Positions 9,379 to 19,664 are shown, counted from the first letter of the stretch. The stretch: 64,000 nucleotides of DNA from Eubacteriales bacterium (GCA_045651165.1 JAZRRX010000013.1:71319-135318), one strand, 5' to 3'. Notes: generated by a model from the letters alone, not told the origin. Numbers and translations: made by a program.

Positions 9379-9804
9379 ATGGCAAAGAAAGTAATGGGTT
9401 ACATTAAATTGCAATTGCCCGCAGGTAAAGCTACACCCCAGCCCCCCGTTGGTCCTGCACTTGGTCAGTACGGCGTTGCAATCCCCGTATTCACAAAAGA
9501 ATTTAACGAAAGAACAAAGAATGACATCGGTCTTATCATCCCCGTTGTTATTACAGTTTACGCTGACCGTTCATTTACATTTATTACAAAGACTCCCCCT
9601 GCTCCTGTTCTTATTAAGAAGGCATGCGGCATCGAATCCGGTTCTGCTAAGCCCAATAAGACAAAGGTAGCAAAGCTCACAAAAGAGCAGGTTAGAAAAA
9701 TCGCTGAAACAAAGATGCCCGACCTTAACGCAGGTTCTATCGAAGCAGCTATGAGCATGGTTGCTGGTACTGCAAGAAGTATGGGTATTACTGTTGAAGA
9801 GTAA
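9379..9804 (+). CDS. rplK: 50S ribosomal protein L11
   Basis: [22 protein letters not shown] signature; 141 aa. Confidence 0.97.
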   Translation: MAKKVMGYIKLQLPAGKATPQPPVGPALGQYGVAIPVFTKEFNERTKNDIGLIIPVVITVYADRSFTFITKTPPAPVLIKKACGIESGSAKPNKTKVAKLTKEQVRKIAETKMPDLNAGSIEAAMSMVAGTARSMGITVEE

Positions 9805-9818
9805 GGAGGAGTTTGAAA

Positions 9819-10514
9819 ATGGCTAAATACGGTAAGAAATATTCCGATAGCGCAAAGCTTATCGAAAAGAACAGAACTTATGAGCCCGCTGAAGCTCTTG
9901 CACTCGTTTGCCAGACTTCTAAGGCAAAATTCGATGAAACAATCGAGCTCCACCTTCGTTTGGGCGTTGACTCTCGTCACGCTGACCAACAGGTTCGTGG
10001 TGCAGTAGTACTTCCCAACGGTACAGGTAAGACAGTTAGAACACTTGTATTTGCTAAGGGTGACAAGGCAGAAGCTGCTAAGGCAGCAGGTGCTGACTAC
10101 GTTGGCGAACTTGATATGGTTGAAAAGATCACAAAAGAAAACTGGTTCGAATTCGACGTTGTTATCGCTTCTCCCGACATGATGGGCGTTGTTGGTCGTC
10201 TTGGTAAGATCTTGGGTCCCAAGGGCCTTATGCCCAACCCCAAGGCAGGTACAGTTACTCCTGACGTAGCAAAAGCAGTTGTTGAAGCAAAAGCTGGTAA
10301 GATTGAATACCGTCTTGATAAGACAAACATCATCCACTGCCCCATTGGTAAGGCTTCTTTCGGTCCCGAAAAGCTTGCTGAGAACTTTAACACTCTCGTT
10401 GGTGCAGTTATCAAAGCAAAGCCCGCTGCTGCTAAGGGTCAGTACATTAAGAGCTGCGTAATCGCATCTACAATGGGCCCCGGCATCAAGATTAACCAGG
10501 CTAAGCTCGGTTAA
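9819..10514 (+). CDS. rplA: 50S ribosomal protein L1
   Basis: ATG at 9819 follows [14 protein letters not shown]...[15 protein letters not shown] and [14 protein letters not shown] motifs. Confidence 0.97.
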   Translation: MAKYGKKYSDSAKLIEKNRTYEPAEALALVCQTSKAKFDETIELHLRLGVDSRHADQQVRGAVVLPNGTGKTVRTLVFAKGDKAEAAKAAGADYVGELDMVEKITKENWFEFDVVIASPDMMGVVGRLGKILGPKGLMPNPKAGTVTPDVAKAVVEAKAGKIEYRLDKTNIIHCPIGKASFGPEKLAENFNTLVGAVIKAKPAAAKGQYIKSCVIASTMGPGIKINQAKLG

Positions 10515-10558
10515 TTTGACATTGTGAACTCATAATTAAATTTTTGGAGGAAATTACA

Positions 10559-10789
10559 ATGACAATCGCATTGGGAATTTTGGTTATTCTTGTAACAATC
10601 GCTCTTACAATACTCGTTCTTATGCAGTCCGGTAAGGGCAAGGAGCTCTCCGGTGCTATCGCAGGCGGAAACAACTCCTACCTTGGCAATTCCAAGACAA
10701 GCGACAAGGATAAACTCATTTTTAAAGTAACAGCAGTACTCGCAGCTGTACTCGTAGTTTTGATACTCGCTCTTTACATTATTGCTTAA
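10559..10789 (+). CDS. secG: preprotein translocase subunit SecG
   Basis: 76 aa, two TM helices, conserved LMQSGKG motif. ATG at 10559 follows GGAGG. Confidence 0.85.
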   Translation: MTIALGILVILVTIALTILVLMQSGKGKELSGAIAGGNNSYLGNSKTSDKDKLIFKVTAVLAAVLVVLILALYIIA

Positions 10790-10803
10790 ACAATAATTAA
10801 AAT

Positions 10804-10839
10804 AAAAACACCTCGTGAATTTCACGAGGTGTTTTTTTA
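10804..10839. terminator. bidirectional intrinsic terminator (secG / ruvX)
   Basis: Hairpin ACACCTCGTGA-att-TCACGAGGTGT with flanking A- and T-tracts. Confidence 0.85.
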
Positions 10840-11289
10840 TTTATTCTGCATATACTTCAACTTATCAAGCGCGTTTTGAAGAATTATTTGTGCAGAGAGT
10901 GTGTCAACAACTCCCTTTCTTTTTGCACCGCGAGTGTTCGTTTCGTTAAGAAAGCGCGTTGCTGCCATAGTTGACAAACGTTCATCAAAAAATGCAACGG
11001 GGATTTCGGGCATTCTCTCGTTCAAGAGCGATGCGAGTTCCTTTATTCTGTCTGCACGAAATCCTTGTGAGCCGTCCATATTAACAGGCAAACCTAAAAC
11101 TATGCCCACTATTCTCTGTTCCTTGCAAATTTCGGCTATCGCGTCTGCGACCTTAACTATTCCACCGGGAGAAATATATCCTATGCCCGATGCCAAAATT
11201 CTTGATGGGTCGGACACCGCAAGTCCCGTTCTTTTATCTCCAAAATCAATGCCAAGGAGTTTGCCTTGGGTTTCTAAAATTCTATCCAT
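10837..11289 (-). CDS. ruvX: Holliday junction resolvase-like RuvX (YqgF)
   Basis: LGIDFGDKRTGLAVSD N-terminal motif, DERLST motif, 150 aa. Confidence 0.92.
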   Translation of the reverse strand: MDRILETQGKLLGIDFGDKRTGLAVSDPSRILASGIGYISPGGIVKVADAIAEICKEQRIVGIVLGLPVNMDGSQGFRADRIKELASLLNERMPEIPVAFFDERLSTMAATRFLNETNTRGAKRKGVVDTLSAQIILQNALDKLKYMQNK

Positions 11290-11456
11290 AATTGTTACCT
11301 TTCAATTTGTTGATTTGATTATATCAAAAAAACATTACTTTGTCAAATATACTTGCTCATATTTTTATTAATTTATCAAATTTTTGTATAAAGATAAAAT
11401 TTAGGGCAAAAATACTACTATCAAAGCAAAAATTATGCAGAGAAAGGAATTTAATT

Positions 11457-12155
11457 ATGTTTGATAAAGAAAAATTTATGCAAAATCTTAAGGAAAACAA
11501 AGCCGTTTACATCACGGCAATCTCAATTTTACTTGCAATGATTGTAATTGTTGCTGCCGTGGTAGCCACTAACAGAAACAAACAAACCACACCAAACGTT
11601 ACAACTCAAAGACCAACAACTACCACCACAGTTAAACCATCACTTCCGGATGATGATCCCACAAGTAATGTTGGCTCAAAACTCCCAACTTTTTCACTTC
11701 CTGTTTCAGGCAAACTTTTGAATGTTCACGACTCCGAACTTCAAGTGTTCTCTCCCACAATGAACGATTACAGAGTTCATCTTGGCGTTGATATCCTTGC
11801 CAATGACGGAGCGCCCGTATGTGCAGTGGCAGATGGCACTGTAATTCAAATTTGGGAAGACGTAAGAATGGGTCAGTGCATCGCAGTTAAGCATAACGGA
11901 GATGCAGTTTCCATTTATAAGAATGTTTCAGCTGAGCTTCCTCAAGGAATTATTGAGGGCGCAAAGGTAAGAGCAGGTCAGCAAATTGCAACAGTTGGTT
12001 CAACTGCAATGGTTGAAATTGCGGACGAGCCCCACCTCCATTTTGAAATGACAGTTGGTGGTCTTTCAGTTGACCCCCTTGAGTACTTCTCCTCTAATGA
12101 TGTAGCAACCCTTAGCAAAGATACCGCTTACGAGCAAACAGCAACAGAAAAATAA
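11457..12155 (+). CDS. M23 family metallopeptidase, membrane anchored
   Basis: The ATG at 11457 gives an N-terminal TM. M23 motifs HLGVDI (HxxxD) and PHLHFE (HxH). Confidence 0.85.
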   Translation: MFDKEKFMQNLKENKAVYITAISILLAMIVIVAAVVATNRNKQTTPNVTTQRPTTTTTVKPSLPDDDPTSNVGSKLPTFSLPVSGKLLNVHDSELQVFSPTMNDYRVHLGVDILANDGAPVCAVADGTVIQIWEDVRMGQCIAVKHNGDAVSIYKNVSAELPQGIIEGAKVRAGQQIATVGSTAMVEIADEPHLHFEMTVGGLSVDPLEYFSSNDVATLSKDTAYEQTATEK

Positions 12156-12161
12156 GCAAGT

Positions 12162-12190
12162 AAAAAAGCTCCCTCTCGGGAGCTTTTTTG
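12162..12190. terminator. bidirectional intrinsic terminator
   Basis: AAAAAAGCTCCC-tct-CGGGAGCTTTTTTG. Confidence 0.85.
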
Positions 12191-12192
12191 TA

Positions 12193-12729
12193 TTAATCGG
12201 GCAATGGCAAATCCTCACCACACACATCGCAGCAGTTGTTTTCGTCTAAATCTTGATGACGACAATAGGGACATTTATCACATTTAACGCCGTTTCCTTC
12301 AAACGTATGCTCACCCTGTGCCCAAACGATATCTATAATGGGACCCTTGCTTCCATCGTAAGCCATCCAATGCCCTTTTTCAGTATAATACCATTTAGCC
12401 GTCATTTTATCGCTGACATCTTCTGAACATTTATCACAAATATTATCACTGTTTTGGTCAAGATGTTCCAGACAAATTTCGGGGCCTACATACGCACCGC
12501 AAATATCACAATGCAAGTCAGCATCATAATTGATATGCTCCTCAACTATTTCGGGCCACGGACAACCACAGGTATATTCGCGCCAATGCACAAGCTCGTT
12601 ATACTTGTATTCTCCCCAAATATGCTCCGTGCAATCTCTTTTACCAATGGGCTCTGCCTCGGAAAAACCACAGGCAAAAAGCATTAATATAACCATTACT
12701 AACAATAATAAAACTAAAATTCTTTTCAC
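12193..12729 (-). CDS. Cys-rich lipoprotein, last gene of the sigma/anti-sigma operon
   Basis: Lipobox LFAC. Module C-x-EH-x-W-x-EY...HWREYTCGC is shared with the ORF at 50576. Repeated D-x-N/D-x-D/N-x-x-CD-x-C motifs (DQNSDNICDKC, DLDENNCCDVC). Confidence 0.7.
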   Translation of the reverse strand: MKRILVLLLLVMVILMLFACGFSEAEPIGKRDCTEHIWGEYKYNELVHWREYTCGCPWPEIVEEHINYDADLHCDICGAYVGPEICLEHLDQNSDNICDKCSEDVSDKMTAKWYYTEKGHWMAYDGSKGPIIDIVWAQGEHTFEGNGVKCDKCPYCRHQDLDENNCCDVCGEDLPLPD

Positions 12730-12730
12730 G

Positions 12731-13339
12731 TCATTCCTCTCCTAAATTTGTATCTATCTTTGTGGAAAAGTAAAAATAATATCCATCAAAAAGCTCAACT
12801 ACTATCCCCTTATCATTCATTGACGAAGTGAAAACACCTGCATACTCATATATCGGGCATTCAAATTGTGTATTATTAGAATTATCAGTTACAATCACCG
12901 TTCCAATATATTCACCTTTAACTTCTTCTGAAACATCGTCAAGTTCCTCATCTACGACTCCGTCAGCAAGGTTTTCCGAAAGGATTTTTATATATTTGTG
13001 TCCGTTGTATTCAAAAGTAAAGGTGTATAACAATGAGGTGTTGGAATTTTGATCTTCCGGTTTCAAATTACCTGGGAGATTAGTGGTCGGAGGTACTATT
13101 TGAGTTTCGGGATTTAAAGTTCCTGTATTCTCATTTTTCAGCTTGTTATCAAAAAAAGTGGGCAATATAAATGTTGAAACACTCAAAATAATCACCAAAC
13201 ATGCAGCGACAGGCGCATATCTCATCATTTGCCTCTGCCTTGTAATTTTTCTTTGAGCTTTTTCTTTTTCACTTACGTATTCTTCAACGAGGTCATAGTC
13301 AATATAATTAAGAGCATTATTAAAATCTTCTTTTCTCAT
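12731..13339 (-). CDS. putative anti-sigma factor (single-pass membrane protein)
   Basis: Overlaps the sigma gene stop by 4 nt. Short cytoplasmic N-terminus (FNNALNYIDYDLVEEY), one TM, extracytoplasmic C-terminal domain. Confidence 0.6.
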   Translation of the reverse strand: MRKEDFNNALNYIDYDLVEEYVSEKEKAQRKITRQRQMMRYAPVAACLVIILSVSTFILPTFFDNKLKNENTGTLNPETQIVPPTTNLPGNLKPEDQNSNTSLLYTFTFEYNGHKYIKILSENLADGVVDEELDDVSEEVKGEYIGTVIVTDNSNNTQFECPIYEYAGVFTSSMNDKGIVVELFDGYYFYFSTKIDTNLGEE

Positions 13340-13932
13340 ACTCTATATCCCTCCCTTTCAAGCACTTCCTTTAGTCCCGACTTGATAAGAGCAATTTCCT
13401 TGTTCACGGTGGATTTGCTCGTTCCAAGCTCGCGAGCCACTTTATCAATGGGCTCTGCCATATAATAACGACTCATAAATATATATCTCTGTCTTTTGCT
13501 GAGTAAACGCAGATAGTCACTTATAATCTTGCCAAGCTGTTCTGCTTGTATCTCTCGAACTATAGAATTTTCAGCCATAATATCCCCCAATTCCTCAAGA
13601 GAGTCGGTCATATTCGATGGAATGCGCTTTTCTCTGTTCTTTGAGTTATATCTATTTATTGCCACACGGCGAATAATAGTGGTTAAAAATGCCTTCAAAT
13701 AATTAGGGCGCTCGGGTGGAATTGCCTCCCACGTGCCAAGGTATGTATCGTTAAGACATTCCTCGCAATCTTCGTTGCTATAAAGAATATTATACGCTAT
13801 CGTAAACAGATATTTTCTATATTTGAAATCAGTTTCATCAATTGCGCTCTCATCTCTCTGCCAATACAATTCAATTATATCTTCATCAGAAAGCGGAGTT
13901 TTTATCTTCTTGAACAGTACCATAGAATTCAC
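13336..13932 (-). CDS. sigma-70 family (ECF-like) RNA polymerase sigma factor
   Basis: Region 2-like segment (YLFTIAYNIL...DTYLGTWE) and a region 4 HTH (IDKVARELGTSKSTVNKEIALIK). Confidence 0.85.
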   Translation of the reverse strand: MNSMVLFKKIKTPLSDEDIIELYWQRDESAIDETDFKYRKYLFTIAYNILYSNEDCEECLNDTYLGTWEAIPPERPNYLKAFLTTIIRRVAINRYNSKNREKRIPSNMTDSLEELGDIMAENSIVREIQAEQLGKIISDYLRLLSKRQRYIFMSRYYMAEPIDKVARELGTSKSTVNKEIALIKSGLKEVLEREGYRV

Positions 13933-14013
13933 CTTTCATAGTTCTTCATAAATATAAGTCAACAAAATCTCAAAAAAGTGTAATAAATTTTGAATATTTT
14001 TTACTATTTGCGC

Positions 14014-14040
14014 AAAAAGCTCCCTTGTGGGAGCTTTTTC
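14014..14040 (-). terminator. intrinsic terminator after the MATE/TVP38 operon
   Basis: AAAAAGCTCCC-ttgt-GGGAGCTTTTT hairpin just downstream (minus strand) of the stop at 14053. Confidence 0.75.
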
Positions 14041-14052
14041 GCATTTTTGAGC

Positions 14053-14727
14053 TTATTTAAGCTCCTGTTTTTTCTTCTTTTTTCTAAAATATATTGTCAT
14101 AACCAAAACCATGAGGCAATCGATAACTATTGCACTCCAAAAGATGGGTGAGCGCAAGGATTCCATTAAATTCATATCCTTACCAATTATGACATAGCTT
14201 ATCGCACTTGGCAAGATGGCAATTCCGTTTGCAATCATATAAGGAATATATTTGAGTCCTGCAGAGCCAAAAAGAAGTCCCAGACACTCATTTGATAAGT
14301 TTAGAGCGCGAAGCGTAAAGCTCAACAAAAACAGGTTTTCGCTTGCCTCAAAATACGGACGCGCCTTAGGTATTTTCCCAAGTATTTTTTGAATCCAATC
14401 GTCTTTTGTAAGTCTTCCAATCCAATAAGGAACTGAAAGATTTACTATTGTGCCGACAATGACCGTCATAAGTGCCACAGGAAAATCGAGCAGAGCCATG
14501 GTAGAAATAGCTATAACAGCATACGGCAAGAAAACAACAACGCCCTTGATAATAAAAGCAAGAATTACTGCGCATGAAGTGATTACGGGATATCCTCGCG
14601 TTAATTCAAGGAAATCTCTAACCGAAAAATCTTCATTAATAGAAAGATATATTAAAAAACTTAAAACACATATTCCCATCAGGGTTATGGGAATATATTG
14701 AATCATTTTTTTGCGATTTATTTTCAT
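14053..14727 (-). CDS. TVP38/TMEM64 (DedA-related, VTT domain) membrane protein
   Basis: Polytopic 224-aa membrane protein with a family-typical layout. 4-nt overlap with the upstream MATE gene. Confidence 0.65.
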   Translation of the reverse strand: MKINRKKMIQYIPITLMGICVLSFLIYLSINEDFSVRDFLELTRGYPVITSCAVILAFIIKGVVVFLPYAVIAISTMALLDFPVALMTVIVGTIVNLSVPYWIGRLTKDDWIQKILGKIPKARPYFEASENLFLLSFTLRALNLSNECLGLLFGSAGLKYIPYMIANGIAILPSAISYVIIGKDMNLMESLRSPIFWSAIVIDCLMVLVMTIYFRKKKKKQELK

Positions 14728-16085
14728 AAATTCTCCTTTGCCTCGGCCGTTGAGGGAGTAACTTTAAAAAATCTGATAAAGAACGGCAATGTAATTATTC
14801 CCGTTAAAACATCAGCCACACCCTGCGCCATAATTATACCTTCAAGCCCCCAAAGCGCGCTTGTCAAAAGTAAAACGGGGATAAGTACGGCGCCCGAGCG
14901 CAATATTGCCATGGAAGATGCCATTGCCGCCTTTCGTATGCTTTGATAAAGCATATTGCAAGCAACTGAAATTGGCAGGAACCAAAGTCCAATTGAGGCA
15001 TATCTCATAGCAGGTGTTCCAACAGCTATAACCTCGATGTCCTTTTGGAAAAGTGAAACGATTGTTGGGGCAAATATAAATCCAAGAGTCGCAAGTACGC
15101 CAACAGCTACTGTTCCAAACACAATAAGGAATTTGCTTCCCTTTTTAACTCTATCATATTCTTTAAGTTCATAATTGAATGATGCAAATGGCTGATATCC
15201 TTGACCAATTCCCAATCCCACGCACATTACAAATGAAGAATATTTCTGCACTATGCTCATAGCGGCAATTGGTGCATCTCCAAAGGGTTTAATGAGGTTG
15301 TTAAGAAGTCCGTTTGAAATTGAAGTGAGTCCTTGACGGAAAAGTGAAGGCAATCCCATTTTGAAAATATTGAAATAAACCTCAGCCTCTTTTGCCATAA
15401 GTTTGAATGAAATTCTACTTTGCGCATATTTTAAATATAAAGTCAACAATAAAATAAAACTTATAACCTGAGAAACAGCAGTTGACAAGCCTGCACCGTA
15501 AACTCCCATACCAAGAACTTTTATAAGTATATAGTCACCTGCGATATTCAAAATTCCACCCGCGGTAAGACCAAACATAGCATAAAATGCCTTCCCCTCA
15601 TATCTCAATACATTGTTGAGTACGAGTGAACAAATAAGAAACGGACACGAAATGAGTATCCACATGCCATAATCTTTAGCGTAGGGTAATATGGTTTCAG
15701 TACTACCAAGAAATCTTAAAAATGGCTCAAGTAATGCAAGCCCTAACGATGTCATAAGCAACCCCATTGTACCCCCTGCAACAAAAGCAGTTGTGGTGTA
15801 AGTGGATGCTCTATCAAGATTTCTCAGCGCAAGATATTTTGCCACGAATGTGCCAGAGCCGTGCCCTAACATAAAGGCTATTGCCTGAATAATGCACTGC
15901 AAAGTAAAAAGAATACCCGTAGCAGCCTGCGCGCTATCACCAAGACCACCAACGAAATAAGTATCTGCCATATTATAAATGTTTGTTATGAGCATGGATA
16001 TGGTGGTTGGTATTCCTAACGATATTATTATTTTAGAAACCGATTCTTCGGTCATTCTCTTGTGATATGCTTCTGATCTATCCAT
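14724..16085 (-). CDS. MATE family efflux transporter
   Basis: 453 aa, about 12 TM, MATE-like N-terminus (IPTTISMLITNIYNMADTYFVG). Confidence 0.85.
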   Translation of the reverse strand: MDRSEAYHKRMTEESVSKIIISLGIPTTISMLITNIYNMADTYFVGGLGDSAQAATGILFTLQCIIQAIAFMLGHGSGTFVAKYLALRNLDRASTYTTTAFVAGGTMGLLMTSLGLALLEPFLRFLGSTETILPYAKDYGMWILISCPFLICSLVLNNVLRYEGKAFYAMFGLTAGGILNIAGDYILIKVLGMGVYGAGLSTAVSQVISFILLLTLYLKYAQSRISFKLMAKEAEVYFNIFKMGLPSLFRQGLTSISNGLLNNLIKPFGDAPIAAMSIVQKYSSFVMCVGLGIGQGYQPFASFNYELKEYDRVKKGSKFLIVFGTVAVGVLATLGFIFAPTIVSLFQKDIEVIAVGTPAMRYASIGLWFLPISVACNMLYQSIRKAAMASSMAILRSGAVLIPVLLLTSALWGLEGIIMAQGVADVLTGIITLPFFIRFFKVTPSTAEAKENL

Positions 16086-16246
16086 TTTATCCTCACTTAA
16101 TATGTGATTTAATATCTCAATTTATATTTTGCTTAATCTAATTTAATAATATCATATTCCTTTTATTTTGTCAAAGATAAATCTTGATTTTTTGCTCGAT
16201 TTATGATAACATAATAGTATAAAATGCTATCTTTAGGGAGAAAAAT

Positions 16247-16687
16247 ATGAAATATAACGTAAAAATTAAAAAATTAAATCAAAATGCAATAATTCCCACA
16301 TACGGTTCTCCTTTTTCTGCTGGCGCTGACCTTTATTCTGCTATGGATGATATAACCATTGCCCCCCACGCAACAACTCTCATAAAAACAGGTCTTGCCC
16401 TTGAATTGCCCGTGGGATTTGCAGGTCTTATATATGCTAGAAGTGGTCTTGCTTCAAAGCGCGGTCTTGCTCCCGCAAACAAGGTTGGCGTTATTGACTG
16501 CGACTATCGTGGTGAGGTTATGGTAGCACTCCACAATCACAGCGAAACAGAACAAACAGTTGCAAAAGGTGAGCGCATTGCTCAACTTGTTATAACCCCC
16601 TATGTAGTGGCTGATTTCGAGGAAGCGGACGAGCTTTCTGAAACGGTACGCGGTGAGGGTGGCTTTGGATCAACCGGAACAAAATAA
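16247..16687 (+). CDS. dut: dUTP diphosphatase
   Basis: dUTPase motifs GSPFSAGADLYS, ARSGLA, GVIDCDYRGEV and RGEGGFGSTG. Confidence 0.95.
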   Translation: MKYNVKIKKLNQNAIIPTYGSPFSAGADLYSAMDDITIAPHATTLIKTGLALELPVGFAGLIYARSGLASKRGLAPANKVGVIDCDYRGEVMVALHNHSETEQTVAKGERIAQLVITPYVVADFEEADELSETVRGEGGFGSTGTK

Positions 16688-16702
16688 TTTTTGGAGAAAA
16701 TT

Positions 16703-17662
16703 ATGAAACGTAAAACAAAATTCGCTCTTGGCACACTCGCCGTGGTTGGTGGAGTTGCCGCAGGATTTGCGATTAACAAGAAAATAGAAAATCTCGTTGA
16801 CGAGCATTTGCATCGCGATGGAATTTCCGTTATCAAGCATAATTTGATGAATAAGAAAAATCGTGAAGATTTTGCTAACAATCCCGAGGTTATATTGGGA
16901 CATCTTTTCTATGCAACTACTCCTCAAATAAATATTTCAATTCTAAATAGCGAAGGCAGACATATTAATGCTATGCTCTATAAACAAGATAACGAATGCT
17001 CGAAATATGCCATAGTTGTTCATGGCTATCGTGCATCCGTCAAGTCAGTTTCATATCTTGCCAAAAGATATTTTGAAGCGGGATACAATGTAGTCCTTCC
17101 CTATCTTCGCGCGCATCTCGGCAGTGATTACGACTATTCAACTATGGGTTGGCATGAACGATTTGACATCGTTGATTGGATAAATTATATAGATACCACC
17201 GATTTGAATGCCAAAATCGTTCTTCACGGTGTTTCAATGGGTGCATCCACTGTTATGATGACTACGGGAGAAAAACTCCCATCATCAGTTGTTTGCGCTA
17301 TTGAGGATTGTGGATATACTTCGGTATATGATGCATACACCTATAAAATACCCAAGATAATGAAAATTCCCGCATTCCCTTGCATAGATATCTTCAGACG
17401 CGCTATAAAGAAAAGAGTTGGCTTTGATATTAAGGAAGCATCTGCACTTGAGCAGGTAAAGAAATCTAACACGCCAACGCTCTTTATTCACGGCAGTGAT
17501 GATACAGTCGTGCCTGTAAATATGGTGCATGAGCTTTATCTCTGCGCTTCTTGTGAAAAGGAATTACTCGTTTTCAAACGCGCTAACCACGAGATGTCAG
17601 CACTCCTCTACCCCGATAAATATTGGGGCAAGGTTTGGGAATTTATTGAAAAATATGAATAA
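16703..17662 (+). CDS. alpha/beta hydrolase, membrane anchored
   Basis: ATG at 16703 after GGAG. N-terminal TM. Nucleophile elbow GVSMGAS, and HGSDDTVVP / NHE for the acid and His. Confidence 0.8.
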   Translation: MKRKTKFALGTLAVVGGVAAGFAINKKIENLVDEHLHRDGISVIKHNLMNKKNREDFANNPEVILGHLFYATTPQINISILNSEGRHINAMLYKQDNECSKYAIVVHGYRASVKSVSYLAKRYFEAGYNVVLPYLRAHLGSDYDYSTMGWHERFDIVDWINYIDTTDLNAKIVLHGVSMGASTVMMTTGEKLPSSVVCAIEDCGYTSVYDAYTYKIPKIMKIPAFPCIDIFRRAIKKRVGFDIKEASALEQVKKSNTPTLFIHGSDDTVVPVNMVHELYLCASCEKELLVFKRANHEMSALLYPDKYWGKVWEFIEKYE

Positions 17663-17670
17663 AAAATAAT

Positions 17671-17699
17671 AGGAAGCCGTTTGGCTTCCTTTGTTTTTG
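17671..17699. terminator. intrinsic terminator
   Basis: AGGAAGCC-gttt-GGCTTCCT followed by a T-rich tract. Confidence 0.75.
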
Positions 17700-17707
17700 T
17701 TTAATTA

Positions 17708-19627
17708 TTATGGGTTGTAGTCCCAAACTACAGGAACTGTATTGTCAAGATAATCAACGCAATTCCAAAATTTATTCCATGTATCTGGTTTTTCATCCGC
17801 TTCACAATATATGGTTGCATTATTACAGAAAAAGAACGAATGCCAACCAATATTCTTTACAGATTTGAAAATAACTATTTTTTCTATTGAAGATGCATCC
17901 CAAAATGCCTCGTCTTGGATACCAATAACTGAATCTGATATTACCACACTTGTTATGCTATTATTATTGCCTCTATAAAAAGCACATTTAAAAATCTCAT
18001 ATTGTCTATCATTCTCGTATTTAGGCAATACAAGTTCAGTTTCATCGCCAATATATCTTATCAAATACACCTTTGAACCATCATCATAAAAAATATAATC
18101 ATTTACATTAACCAAGTATGATTGTGATTCATCACTACAAATGTGTTCAATATATGAAGGAATATTTACTCCAACTTCAAGTATAATTGACGATTTGTTA
18201 CAAAGTTCAACAAGAGATGTACAATTAACAAACGCACTATTAACAATAGATGTGACGGTAGAAGGAATAGTAACAAACACAAGGGATCTACATTCCCAAA
18301 ATGCCGCATGACCAATTTCTAAAAGTCCCTCGGGCATTTGCACATTTACAAGATATTTTGAACCGTAAAATGCATACTGATCTATTTTAGTAACATGTTG
18401 TGGTATTTCAAAGGTATCAGATTTTTTTCCAATCGCGTATTGAATAAGTACTGTACCATCTTTACTATACAAATTACCATCTATTGAAGAATATCTATCG
18501 CCATCCATATCCGTCGTAATATTAACAAGTGAATCGCAATACTCAAACAATCTATCAACATTTTCAAGACTCTGCGGTATATATATACTCTCAAGTTCTA
18601 AACAATGTATAAATGCGGAATCCTCTATGGTTTCTAATCCTTCATTCAAATATATATTCTTCAATGAAGAGCAATAATAAAATGCAGTATTGCCAATTTT
18701 TCTCAGAGATGCGGGAAAATTGATGGCTTCGAGGGCATAGCAGAGCTTGAATGCCCTTTCGCCAATTTCAGTCAAATCCTCTGAAAGTGTAACATCTTTT
18801 AATGCTGAGCATTTATGAAATGCGTATTCTCCAATTATATTAACCGAATTGGGAATATTTATATCAATTAATGAAATACATTCTTCAAAAGTTTTCTCAT
18901 CTATAGAAGTTATGGCATTCGATAAATTAATATTGATTAACGCAATACATTGGGAAAACGCTCCCTCTTCGATAGAAGTTACACTGTTGGGTATATCAAT
19001 TTGAGTTAATGATATACACCCCGCAAATGCATAAGCACCAATTTCTGTTACTCCATTAGAAATATTTACTTCAGCAAGAGATTCACAATATCCAAACGCA
19101 CCTGTCTCAATTCTATTTAAAGAAGCAGGTATATCAATACTTTTAAGTTTTGGACAATTATTAAAAGCATTCATACCTATGCTAGTCAATGTACTAGGCA
19201 AAGTAACTGTTTCAAGTGCATTGCAACCTAAAAATGCCATCATTTCAATGGTTTTTATTCCTTCAGAAACAACCACTGTTTTCACAGTATCCGTATAGTG
19301 ATAATCATGAATACCAACATTTCTCGGCATAAACGAACCTGCCGCTATCGTAGTAATAGGCAATCCATTATGCTCCGCAGGAATTACAATCTCGGAGTCC
19401 GTACAGTCCCCTCTACCAACGATACTATACTCTGTTCCGGTTTCATTAAGCTTAAGTTCAAGTCCGTTTTCAGTAAAATTGTCTTTTCCAATAGGTTTAT
19501 TTAATGGAGTTGTTGATGTAATGCTAGTTTGTATTGGATTGATCACTCCAACAATATAGCAAAACGCTAAGCATAGTATAAAAATTAAAATACACATCAT
19601 CAAAAACAAAATTTTAATTTTTTTCAT
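17708..19627 (-). CDS. BspA-type leucine-rich repeat surface protein
   Basis: N-terminal signal/TM. About 12 units of the IP.SVT.IG..AF..C..L..I repeat (LRR_5/BspA type). Confidence 0.85.
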   Translation of the reverse strand: MKKIKILFLMMCILIFILCLAFCYIVGVINPIQTSITSTTPLNKPIGKDNFTENGLELKLNETGTEYSIVGRGDCTDSEIVIPAEHNGLPITTIAAGSFMPRNVGIHDYHYTDTVKTVVVSEGIKTIEMMAFLGCNALETVTLPSTLTSIGMNAFNNCPKLKSIDIPASLNRIETGAFGYCESLAEVNISNGVTEIGAYAFAGCISLTQIDIPNSVTSIEEGAFSQCIALININLSNAITSIDEKTFEECISLIDINIPNSVNIIGEYAFHKCSALKDVTLSEDLTEIGERAFKLCYALEAINFPASLRKIGNTAFYYCSSLKNIYLNEGLETIEDSAFIHCLELESIYIPQSLENVDRLFEYCDSLVNITTDMDGDRYSSIDGNLYSKDGTVLIQYAIGKKSDTFEIPQHVTKIDQYAFYGSKYLVNVQMPEGLLEIGHAAFWECRSLVFVTIPSTVTSIVNSAFVNCTSLVELCNKSSIILEVGVNIPSYIEHICSDESQSYLVNVNDYIFYDDGSKVYLIRYIGDETELVLPKYENDRQYEIFKCAFYRGNNNSITSVVISDSVIGIQDEAFWDASSIEKIVIFKSVKNIGWHSFFFCNNATIYCEADEKPDTWNKFWNCVDYLDNTVPVVWDYNP

Positions 19628-19664
19628 AACATCCCTCCCTATATTTTAGATTATTTGCTATTCA

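Noticed and set aside
9558-10337. 259-aa minus-strand ORF
   Set aside because: It lies entirely antisense to the highly conserved rplK and rplA genes. It has no RBS and an odd Cys/Phe/Thr-rich composition, typical of a shadow ORF.
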